Source: Amoebophrya sp. A120 | Taxonomy: Eukaryota > Protista > Dinoflagellata | Length of the DNA stretch: 64,000 nt | Direction of reading: 5' to 3' | Assembly: GCA_905178155.1 (NCBI GenBank) | Contig: CAJINV010000004.1 | Coordinates: forward strand, 6,116,828-6,180,827 | Shown: positions 11,253 to 22,470 of the stretch, piece by piece | Numbering within the stretch: position 1 is the first letter of the stretch | How the letters are laid out: the number at the start of each line of letters is the position of its first letter | Made by a program: the position numbers and the translations under genes | The notes under the pieces: model-generated | The model's input: the letters and a program-made list of their open reading frames with translations, nothing else | What the model was told of the DNA's origin: nothing | Databases searched by the model: none

Positions 11253-14200
11253 TCAATCCCACTTATTCCCCCAGCTGCTTTGCTGATGACCGCCCTGTAT
11301 CAAAAGGAAAAATCCCCCCTCCCCATATCAAAACGGAAATCTGTGATGCAGATTTGTTGTCACAAATCAGCTTTGTCATGCTACACGGGAAAAGATGCGG
11401 ACTGTAGTGCTGGGTGGCGTGGGGGAGCCTTGCATCTTCAGCATGATAGGAGGCAGCTGAGAGTGGGCAACAGCATGACAAATTGCCTGCAAACGAGACC
11501 ACGACTGCGGCTCTTGGCCTTCTAGCATGACAAGTCGATTTGGTACCTCAAATCCTGCATCACAGATTTCCATTTCGATATGGGGAGGGGGGATTTTTCC
11601 GTTTGATACCCTGGTCCCAGTAGCTTCCCTTCTGCTCACCCTGCTGGTGCACCGGGCTCCCCTGCGCACTTATTGGTCGGTCAAAAGAAACGGGGCCTGG
11701 TTGTTTATTTGGCGGCTTTCGTATTCGTTTCTTCTTCCACCTCTAGCATAAAAACTGTACACGATGCGCTGCTCAAACCCGAGACAAAAATTTGCACTCG
11801 CAATTGCATACGAAAGGAGCACAACTCTAGAAAGGTATAGTTTGAACTTGATTCTTACCTGACATGGCGGTTGGGAGCGACATGTTTAGGTTTCCAGAAA
11901 ACGGCTTCGCAGGTGAGTTGTTCGGGACTGATTGTGGACCAAATTTCGGGACCACACTTGCGAACCTGATGAAACATTTTTATTGTCTGGTACTGGTTTC
12001 ACATCATGAACTTCATCTGCATGCATCCCTGTGAACAGTCTACTTGTCGAGGACGAAGCTCAACCTCCCCTCTTCCCACGACAAAATTACGATTTTTTAT
12101 TTAGTACATGTTCGTCGTTGCGCCCCCGGCGCCAGGTGCCACTTGTTTGGCATCCATCATTTTCTTTTGCAGAGCGTGAGCTACTATGCACTGCAAAAGT
12201 ATCGTACTCGTAGCTAGTCGTATAAATTTAAATGCATTACAAATTTTCTCATCATGGGAAATGAAATTTGTAATGCGGATTTACCCTAAGAAAAAGATTT
12301 GTCATGCATGATTGCCATTACTACGAGTACGATACTTTTGCAGTTCATAGCTACGACGTCCAACTGACCCCCCTTTCTCGCCACCAGCTGCTCGATTGTT
12401 GGTTTCTGTAGTACAGTGTGTTTTGTATTGTTTGAGATTGAAATCCTGTTCATCTTCACGCACTTGTCATGCTAAAACCGCTAGCGCTAGTTCAAGTTCT
12501 TGTACCCAAGAGGACTATAGACATGGACATCTCAAATAAAGTTGTGGTATATCTAAATCTATATTTTTGTTTTATATATAAAACAAAAATATAGATTTAG
12601 ATATACCACATTAATAATACCTTGACAGCCCTGTCGATTGCTTTCTCCTTTTCACTTTGTGACCCGGCGGCGTAGTAGACGGCTAACCCAAAGGCGACTT
12701 TGTTGATCAGGTCCGCTACTATCCACAGGAAATTTCCCGTACACGTACAAAAACAAATGCGGTTTCTGCATGACAAAATTTACCTTCAATCTCGTCCACT
12801 CAGGATGACAAGTTGGACACAGCTCCAAGTTAGCGAAATTTGTCATCCATTTTGTAGATCATGTACGGGAAATTTGTATTTCATAGCTACATTGTAAATC
12901 GCATTCAAAATTTCCTCCTCGTCGTCACCGCCTAAGTTGCCCGCAACATAGCCGATCGGGTAGAGCGTCCAACCGAAGACGATGATGGCACGCAAAATAT
13001 GCTGAGTAAAAACGCCCCCACTCCATAGTTGTCATGCAGTTTTGCAGTGACAGGAAGATCTGTAATGCGTATCTCCATGAGAGGCATTTCCAATCGTGTT
13101 TCGGAATTTGTAATGCTGTAAACAGGATAAAAAGTAGAGGGCTTTGTCATGCGCCTGGACTTGCGAAACTGCACTACAATACAGATGATAACTTGTCATG
13201 CGTGCCTCCCAAAACTGCTGGATTTGTGTTGCGAGATCCCCATCTTGTCTCTGGGGTGGGGACGTTTTTGCTCAGGATACAAAATCTCGAACGCGAGCTG
13301 GGCCTCCGGCTTCTTGAATTCCCGCAAGTTCTGCTTACCGCGGAGTCTGTCGGTTTTGATGAGTCGGGCATACACATAATTTGGACAACGAAAAGGAATT
13401 TGAATTTCACTCATGCTACTGCTGCATCAATGAGCAAGACAGATGTTCATGTGCGCGCAATGCTAAGTACTCAGGGCGAAATCGAAAAACAAATGTTGAA
13501 CCACATCATCATGATCTACTCAACAACATCCCAGATTCCTACAAAACGATAACGATAACGAAAACGTTCGATTATACCCAGCGTTCTTCAGTGCTTTCTC
13601 CACTTCTATCTGTTTTCTCTTCGCCCCGTTTTCCAAGCTATCGTCGTCCTCATCCATCTATGAATTGCAACAGTATCGTAGTTGTAATCGCGTTCCTGCA
13701 TTACAAATTTCTTTCTCAAGTTAAATCCGCATTACAGATTTCATTTCTCACGCTGAGGAAATTTGTGATGCGACTCATACTAGTACGATAGCGATGCTAT
13801 TGCAATGCATACCATCTCGCCGTCCCTCCCGCTCAAGCGCGACAGAAACTTCTTTGCCTCGAGCAGGGATAAGCGCGACGAGATTTTGCTGGCCTCCCCG
13901 AAAAACACCTCAAACCCGATGTACGCGTGCATGAAGCAGCCGCAGCAAAAGGCGACCCATTTGTCCATCACACCCGTCTCGCCCTGATGCGAATGCGATA
14001 GTAGAAAATACGTCGCGATGTATACTGAAATACATCTAGAACTCGTAAATTCTTGAGCTGAGCTTTGTCATGCAGATCATCCTCGATGAAACGAAGGCAA
14101 ATACAACAAAGACGAAACAAATAGATTCAATACCATGTATCCGAAGACGAGCATCAATATCGAGGAGAACATGAGTCGGAAAAAAAGATTGCTGCCGATG

Positions 14201-15219
14201 GGAGTTGAGCTCTCCGGGTTTGCCGCTACCAGTATAAGGTAGAATTCCACGACCTGATAAGCAATTTTGTATGTAAATGTAATGAACGCCTGGTATTAAA
14301 CCACACCCTCTACGTTAAGCTCGATAATGCTGGGATAGAAACGCGAGGACCTCTAACGAAGTGGGTGCAGCCAAAGGAGGAGTTGTAAAGCCGACAACTA
14401 TACTACCATGTTGACATGGAAAAATCGACGATTGATCATGAGAAGTACTTACCTGCATCGGCACGGTGATGAGCCAGTCCATGTAGCGGTAGATGGTTAT
14501 CCCCCAGAAACAAGCAGGCAGGGCATACTTGTAATGCGAAAACAAATACATATACACGGAAAAATTTGTATTGCGCGGCATCCTAAACAGCATGCCATGG
14601 GGCCGCCGCCCATTTTTTATTTTTCTGCGTTTTCATTTTTGCATTACAAATCTACCCTGCCTGCTTTTTTCCGTGGGATAATGGTTGGTGCTTTCTTCGT
14701 CTCCGCCCATATGTCCTTCATGTAGGTGTAGTGGTGCCATGCTACCCCGGTGACCAGCCCGGCGACGATCATGCTGTTTGCCCACCTTCTTGGCACCAGG
14801 AAAACCTGAAAGAAGAAAAACACGGTGGCGGCGAGCTGCATACTGGCGGCGAGCCAGAAGGACAGGCCCACGTGGTCATCCGTCTCGAGTGCCACGGCGA
14901 GCCTGGATTGTATTTTCGATCAAGTCGTTGATTATGATTTTCATCTTCACATGAGATTGCTACGTGCTCTTAAATTTTTGGGCGCGTAGACGTCGCATAC
15001 AGAAAAACAACAGAATGAAACATACAGCAGATGATGCAAGCAGACCAAAAGCAAAGCAACCAAAGCGACACAAAATAAAAATGTGAACGACATCCACAAG
15101 ATGAAACCACGCGCTCGTAGCAAGTACCTTCTGAGAACTCCCTGCTGGCTGACAGCATCCTGGAGGTGCTCCAGCTTGTCCTGCAACACGCCCAGCTCCT
15201 GTGGCGATAATGCGTGCAT
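11253..15219 (-). CDS. Proteorhodopsin-like microbial rhodopsin B (DTE, Q105), multi-intron
   Basis: Helices reconstruct as VGLSFWLAAS, VAWHHYTYM, RYMDWLITVPMQVVEFYLIL, MLVFGYMGE, FGWTLYPIGY and IYNVADLINK (retinal Lys). Six introners. The tail exons and the stop at 11253 are less certain. Confidence 0.88.
11298..11608. mobile_element. Introner family G (311 bp)
   Basis: TIR TATCAAA.GGAAAAATCCCCCCTCCCCATATC; TSD CCCTG/CCCTG. Confidence 0.93.
12185..12349. mobile_element. Introner family B (165 bp)
   Basis: Family B TIRs; TSD GCTAC/GCTAC. Confidence 0.93.
12543..12610. repeat. Perfect 68-bp AT-rich palindrome with no spacer
   Basis: TGTGGTATATCTAAATCTATATTTTTGTTTTATA is followed immediately by its exact reverse complement, inside a GT-AG intron of rhodopsin B. 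Confidence 0.95.
12720..12885. mobile_element. Introner family H (166 bp)
   Basis: TIR TAT..AAATTTCCCGTACA / TGTACGGGAAATTT..CATA; TSD GCTAC/GCTAC; splits NVA|DLINK. Confidence 0.9.
12998..13279. mobile_element. Introner family C (282 bp, opposite orientation to 5335)
   Basis: Family C TIRs; TSD CAAAA/CAAAA. Confidence 0.93.
13659..13811. mobile_element. Introner family B (153 bp)
   Basis: Family B TIRs; TSD CCATC/CCATC. Confidence 0.93.
14498..14680. mobile_element. Introner family I (183 bp)
   Basis: TIR TATCCC..GAAA.AAGCAGGCAGGG; TSD ATGGT/ATGGT. Confidence 0.92.
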
Positions 15220-16220
15220 GTTGTTTCTTGTTTCCCTATATTACACTACACTCAAACTCAAAACTCAAGAAACAAACTGCACGTCTCCTTAGCTGCACTC
15301 AAGAACAGCCCATTTCCTACTCCCGAAACGTCAAGTAGGGATTGAGCGACTGGCCACTTCATCAACGCTAGAAACGCTTACTTCATCCTCTCCATTTTCT
15401 CATTTTTTCCCCCTGACTCAAACCTCCTCAGATTACTGACTTGCTGGTGTTCCCCGTTGTCAAGAATTGGGTTGATAACTCCCGTCCGCAGAAAAAAAAA
15501 GCTGCTCATGCGCTCTCTTGTACAGCTGTACCACTACCAGCGAAAGCATATAAATTCCCAAGTTGAACGGAGTAGTAGGAAAAACACGGGACGAGGACAC
15601 AAAAGAAACGCATCATGCTTGTGTGGCTTTGCTCAAAGTATCCACTTTTTTATGTTGCCTAAACTTGTGTTTCATGTTCACGTGTTGGAAAGCTTCTATA
15701 CAGTTCAAGCCAACGCGTCTGCTCTACTGGTCGTGTATTGTATGTTCGTGTGTCGTACTTACTTTTCATCACTAGATAGAGGTCCGATTCCTCAACAACC
15801 ATTTTCCAATTGGGTTTGAACTTGCTCTTCTAGCACGGGCGGGACTAACTTCGTTGACTTGCAGCTCGAACTTGGTGGTCTCAGCCTTGGTGACACTTGA
15901 AACTGAAAGCTATGCTAATGAATTCTGTTTACGCATATTTCCTTCCATCAGAAGTACGTGGTCGTACGTCGCTAAGTTTTTGACGATTTGATTCTTGATA
16001 CTTTCTTTTTCCTTAACTCTGGCTGATGTAATAGTTTTAGTTTGCTTTTTCAGCGTCTTTTGATTTTTACATAATGAATACAACGGCTCTTCAACAACCT
16101 TGTTCAGATTTAGCAGATTTACAGCACATGCACCTGCAGCTCCACTCCGACGTGAAAAGCGCACCTTTTCCAGGATGTGTTTCTTTTCACTAGTTTTCCA
16201 CCTTCAGTAGAAACAAAACA

Positions 16221-19200
16221 TTATCCGATGACAATCATCTGCTCCTTGCTGCGATTTGGTGACCCCTTGGTTGCGGAGCTCCGTTTGTTTTGCTTCAGTA
16301 CGATTTCCATGCCGCCCGACTTGGGATCGCCGATGGAAATTCCGCCGGTCTCCGGGTTCATCTGTGTTTTATATGTGATGAAAAAACTACTTGAAGTTGA
16401 ACTTACACAAGAAAAAAAACGCTACCGCATCTCCTTCATCAGCAACTTATGTAGTTGGGTCGATTTGCATAGTACCATGATGCTGCTTTTTCTCTTGCCG
16501 CCACCACCACCGCCTCCAGACCCGCCCCCACCGCCGAAGGAAATGCCCCCGGTCGCTGGGTCGATCGAGATGCTTGCCCGCTGCGCTTGGTTCTGCTTAT
16601 TTTTCGGTGGCGGCATTGGTAGTTCGATGTCGTCAAAGTCCGACGGGGTGTCGTTCCCCGGCCTGCCCCGGCCGAAATTCGGATTTTGGATGATCTGCTG
16701 AGACGACGCCGGCGTCTGCTCGAACGTCGGTCTCCCGCCGGGAACCACGTTCGCCATTTGGTTCGGACCACCCGCACTCATTTGGCCTGCGAAAGCTGCT
16801 CCTCCGGCCGATGTTGCTGATGACATGCCGTTGCCCATCGCCGCTGCCCCGCCAGGCCCACCCCCTCCGTACATGCCACCGCCGGGGTGCTGGTGCAGTG
16901 GTGCACCGGGCGGGAATATGCACGGCAAAAGTGTCTGGGTCTGGAAGGATGGACCTTGTAATGCTAGCTCTACATTCCTGGAAAATCTGTATTGCATCCA
17001 TAACCAACAAAATCTGCATTGCAGCCTCTTTTGTCATGCAAAAACGCAGTTTCTCATGCGGATTGCCTATGAGAAAGCGTTTTGTTTTAATGCTGGGCTG
17101 CATTCGGAAGTGTTTTCATCATGCACATTTTAGCATCACAAGTTTCCAGACCCAGACATATATGCATTTGATAGGGAAAAAGCTGTACATGCTGGGGTCC
17201 ATCATTGGGTGATGTCCGTGGGGAAACATCGGCATCGTCGGTATCATCGTCCCGCCTGGTCCGCCATACTGGGGGAATGGGCTGCCGGGTATCATCATCG
17301 GACCTCCGCCGAACATTCCATTCTGAAACTGTTGACCACCCTGGTGGTGACCGCTGGTGGAGCTGCTGCTCGTCTTTGCCTCTTTTTTCTTCCGTGTCTC
17401 CTCGTCTTGCTCCTCCTCGTCTTTCAGATTTTCGTTTTCCTTCTTCGGACTCGTTCCTGCGGTTGGTGACACCGATTCTGCCGCCGCGTGCAACACCGTG
17501 CTCACGATATTCGCCTGGTGTGCCGGGCTTGCGTTGCTGGTTGGGGAAACGTAACCCTCAATGGTGAACTTGTTCTGCTTCGATGGACTGGCGTCGCGAC
17601 TCTTGCTGTTTTTTCGTTTTGAGAAGAAGAGGTGGAGGACTACTGTCGTGAAGAATGGCCTTCGTCCGTCGTTCACATGATAACTACTACATGCAAAGCA
17701 ATCCATATTTATGTTGATCCAACTCCAACACTCTACCTACTTACCACACGAAATCCAGAAAATATCGAATATACGTGCTGTCCTTTAGCAACGTTGGGCT
17801 GCCGCCGAAAAATGAGGTGTGCTGGTGACCACCAGCACCACTACTCGCGCCCGGCCCACCACCGGGAGCTCCCACTGGTGGTGCCATCATCCCAAAGGTC
17901 GGCCACTGTCCGAGATGTCCCAGCTGGAAACGGTTCGCCGGCTGCTGCTGCTGCTGCTGCTGCTGCAAAGAACTCATCTTCTTGTTCTGCTCCAGGTCCG
18001 AATTTCGGTTCGCTTTCTCCCGTTCGCTCACACTGTTAGCGGCAAAGAAGACGCAAAAACCGAAGGCGCACTTGTTCAGCAGGTCGGCCACGTTGTAGAT
18101 AACTGTGGTTGGGTGGTGTTTTATGGTGTTTTCTTTAATTGGCATGATGAGCTGCAACATTACTAGATCGAAACTTGGTATGTTGCTCCTACACTGCTGC
18201 TAAGCTACCTCCCTTTATACGACCTCGAACAAATTCGTAAAACATGAAAAATAGTGGAAAGCATTCCTTATATACGGTTGAGCGCCTTTTCTTCGCGATT
18301 TCGCAGAACCAGATGTCCGTCCACCTTCTCCGCCGTGACGTAGCCCACGAGGTAGCCCACGGGATACAAGACCCACCCAAGGAGAATGATGGCGCGCAAC
18401 AGCTCGAAAGCCACTTGGGCGTCCGGTTTCTCAAACTCCTGCATCGCGAGCTGTAGTTTTTCTTGTAAGTTTAACTTTTAACTTCAAGTGCGATTAACAA
18501 CACAGTATACAAAGTGGAAAATTTCCCAGTTGCACTTTCTTCGTCCACAGGGTGAATCATGGTGAACAATTTGTTTCATGCATTACATGTACAACTTATT
18601 ATCTATCGTTACACTGCATATCTTCTTCTACCTCTTTCGCGCTCTGTTTTTTCCCCGTCATTTTCTCGATGGTTTTCCGCACGTTGCGCATTTCCCTCCT
18701 CTGCGGGTCCAGCATTTTCACGTCATCTTCGTCGGAGCTGGACTCGTCCCCGGGAGCTTTATTCTTCCCCGCTCCCTTCCCCCCAAGCCCAACCCCGTGC
18801 CCGTTTTCCCGGGCCACGTTCGCGAGAAAGCGCTTGGCCTCGCCCAGACTGAGTCGCCGGTTGATCTTGCTCGCCTCGCCGGCGTAGATCTCGTACACAA
18901 TGTACAAATACATGGCCATCGCAAGGACGAAGGCCACCATAGCGTCCATAATGTCCGTTTCCCCCATGTAGCCGAAAATCAGCATCAACACGCTGCTGCC
19001 GCCGAGCCGGAGCCCCAGGCTGACGTGCACGGGGGGCTTGTCCGCGGGCGTGGCCGCGGCGAGGATCAAGTAAAAACACGTCGTCTGCATCGGAACCGTG
19101 ATGAACCTGGTTTTTATCCGGGAAGGATTCAGGTGCGAAGACGCGGATGGTGGCGACGCTACAATCAGAGTCATCAACAGACGCGAGGACATATGTCAGT

Positions 19201-19617
19201 TTAGAATGAAAAAAGGGCTGCCGCCCGTACTTGTTTTAAAAACTATGAAAGAAAGGAAGGAAGGTGTGCTGCAGAACTTGAACTCAAGCTTAACAATATG
19301 ATTTTTCATCATCTTCCGCCATCCGACTGCGCAGAATCAAGTGTATACTATACTTACCAATCCATGTATCGCAGCACGGTCGGCGCTTTCTTTTTGTCTT
19401 CCCACTCTTCCGCCATGTACAAATAGTGGTGCCAGGCAACGAAGCAGACCAGCGCCGCCACGATCATGGGCGTGACCCACCGTCGCGGGACGAAAAACAC
19501 CTGCAGCGCGAAGAACAGGGAGCAGGCGAGCTGGATGCCGGTAATCAGCCAAAAGGAGTGCCCCACATAGTCCTCCTCCACGTCCTCCGTCGGCGGGGCC
19601 AACGTCGTGGAAGCCAT
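16221..19617 (-). CDS. Proteorhodopsin-like microbial rhodopsin A (DTC, Q105) with long G/P/Q-rich C-terminal tail
   Basis: YVGHSFWLIT, VAWHHYLYM, RYMDW|FITVPMQTTCFYLIL, MLIFGYMGE, LGWVLYPVGY and ALN|LIYNVADLLNK join through GT-AG introns. Tail exon linkage is inferred. Confidence 0.88.
16917..17173. mobile_element. Introner family A (257 bp)
   Basis: Family A TIRs; TSD GGGAA/GGGAA. Confidence 0.93.
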
Positions 19618-19989
19618 CTTGCAGCTCGGGACGGAGGACCCCGAGAGACGATTTAGCAAGGCTCCTTAGCAGTACCAATGGAGATGACGAGGACTTGTTC
19701 TATTCGCGCTCTCTTATTCTTTAGTACTTACACACAGACACAACATAATTGAAGCAACGCTCACAATCATCGCCGAAGGCGCCAGGTATTGATGACCGGC
19801 AGCAGGAGTTCATCCGCATTTGAAGATCGGAATATTGATGGGTCTGCAGACATTGTTCTCCACACTCTCAGCAACACAAGCTCCGAGATCCCCCCGCCTC
19901 CCTCTGTGCAAGCAAAAACAATTCTACCTACCACGCCATATCTATCAAAGAGCCTCCAGACATGAACTTCTGTCACTGAAACTGAACAA

Positions 19990-21700
19990 CGCTTCTTGCG
20001 GTCCTGACAGGCCGCTGCATTGCTATTTGGCAGACAGGCGAGGCACGCTATGCGCACACCCGTAACGAAGAGCGAACCCATCGCCCAGGCGTGGCAAAAT
20101 AATAGCGCAAGTTGAAAAGGCACGCGGACCACCTGAGCGTGAGCCGCGCCCCCATCGTCCTGGGGGACGGGTGAATGGCTGAAAACGCGGGAGCAGGCTT
20201 GCAGCTGCGTTACGTGTTCCGGCCGCTCCGCGCTCAGAATGCAAATCCTGCAAAAGGCTTCCACTATGCTGGCGCAGCAACGCCCCTAAAGCGCTGCGCC
20301 AGCCACAACATCCACACCTGCTGCGCCTTGCTTTCCGCGCCCGGGCGCGGGCGCACTTTCTTACAAGGCCGGCGGGCGGGCTCTTGGCACCTTCCCCCAC
20401 CCACCCAGCGAGCAACAAAAGGCGCGCACGGAAGAAGGCTCGACCCGCCCGCCCACAAAGTGCATCGGGGCCCATTCTGCGCGCTGCAGTCGCCCGCGTC
20501 ATGCCTGTCGGCGGGCCACGTCCGCCAGGCAGCGGGTCAGCACTCGGTCGGCACAGAGACGCCAACAGACTCCTGGCATCTGTGGGGCGTGCGGGGTTGC
20601 GCGGTTTCGCTTTCGGAATTCGACGACCTTTCTGCCCGCTCAGGAAGTATGGCGCGTGTGCTCTTTCGAGCGAGGCCACGACGACAGCAGGGGGGCTCCG
20701 CGGGAAAGGTAGGGCGCCACGGGGGGGCCCTCCCCCAACGGCCACAGGGCGGGGCCGCTTTCTTTCCCGAGGCCGCCCCGCAGCAGTTGGTCCGGGGCCG
20801 CTGCATCAACATCCATCGCGCCGGGGCGCAACCCCGACTGCTCTGCCGCCCAGTGCCGCAGAAACAGCCCCAGCCGTCTCCCCAAGGCAGGCGGCGCGCA
20901 AGGCGGCTTGTGTTTGTTTCTCGCTGTCGTCGCGCACGTTTATCGCCCCAAAATGCGCAATGCGGAGAATGGCCGCGCGGCGGGCTAAGAGAGACCAGGG
21001 GCACCGAAGAAGCGCGCCAAAGCGCCAACGCCTTTTCACGGGCCAGCCCGCACTAGTGTGCTTGCTCACACTACTTCGGGGCTTCTTCGTAAAACGCCCC
21101 GCCTTATCCGGCGGAGCTCCCCGCACTGCAGGCGCTCGGGCGCAATATATACGAGCATAGCACCCCGGTGCGCGTGGTAATTGCTGCGGAGCCCACGGCG
21201 CTGGTGGGGTGGCCGAGGAAGCGGCCGCACGAAGTTGCGGGAAACAGGGGGGAGGGCGGGCCGTGGTGGCATCCGTGCGCCCAAGGACACTCCGCGACCC
21301 ACTCAATGGCCCTAGGGCCCAAGCGCTGCGCCAGCTGGGTTATGGGACTGGGGGGCCGGGGCCGGGACAGTCGTGGCTGAAAGTTTGCTACTCGATCCCG
21401 CCTGAGCGGCTGTACTTCGGCAGGCGTCCGTCCGGAGGAGCGCTGGCTGGCACACCAAACGCGACCCGCCGCAGCGTCTAGCCCTGGGCCTGGGGCTTCC
21501 GTACTGTAAGCGCAAGCGCTCGCCCCCAGAGGAGGAAGCCGCTGCCGCCCGAACTCGCTCCCTTGCTCGGTCCGCCAAAGGGTGGCGCAAGGGCGCGGCG
21601 GGCCATCCATTCCACCGGCCCGACGTGTCCCGGCCCGCTCCGCTTGCGGCTTCTGTGCCGCCCGAACGCTCCGGGCTCTTCGCGTTTCCTGGACACTACA
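19990..21700. other. GC-rich intergenic island, probable decayed transposable element
   Basis: Abrupt composition shift; only A/R/G/P-rich spurious ORFs; no introners; boundaries approximate. Confidence 0.4.
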
Positions 21701-22470
21701 GGAGTTTGGTCGCTGCCAACAATGTGGCCAACAGGAGCGTTATACGTGGCACAGCCGCAACAGAAGACCAAGATCCGCGGACGAACACGAAAGAAAGACT
21801 GCATGCGAGCGTGCTCGCTTCTTCATCTTCTCTTTATCTTTGTTCCAGACATAATTAAATTGCTTCAGCGCAAACACATACACAGACGAGCTTTCCTCTT
21901 GTTCGTCACGTTCAAGACGCAACAGCTTTCAGGCATATCAGTTGCGCATGGTCTGTTTGTAGAAAGCTACATCACAATGCTCAAGCACGCCCCGCGACTC
22001 GGTTGTAGTGAGCGACCTTTCGAAATGCGTAGTTTGCCCGAGAAACGAGTCTGAAAACGTAGCCAAACATAGAAAAATTCGAGACGATAAAGGGTTTTTG
22101 TGTACTTATCGATAATTCGAAACATGTTCTTGTTCAATCTCTTCTCCTGACGGGTAGTTGCAAAGTTAGCAGTCAAGCTACCGTCAACTTACAACTTTTC
22201 AAAAATATTTCAAAAAAACCGCTTGTGTAAGTAGCAGGCCGGAGGGGATTGACCGTCGTGCCAGTGCAGATCGTGTTGCCACGACTGCTTGCCACTGCAA
22301 CTCCGCCGGCTCTTTCAACCTGCGCTCCGCTTCCTTCATTCACTGCAGCCCCGCTGTTCATCTTTTCCTTCAGGGAGAAAGCGAAGCACACGAGAACTAC
22401 CCGGCGGAAATGCTCCACGACCTCCCCCACACGGCCCATCCGCTCCGCCCCCACGAAGACGCCAACCTGC

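Noticed and set aside
13370-13579. Possible TIR-less non-canonical intron with GGGTAT/GTGTAT direct repeat
   Set aside because: An in-frame GT-AG alternative exists (acceptor near 13416); it cannot be resolved without cDNA.
20023-21610. Long overlapping A/R/G/P-rich ORFs on both strands (also at 34015-35481 and 44172-45877)
   Set aside because: Expected from stop-codon scarcity in GC-rich DNA; no domain motifs.
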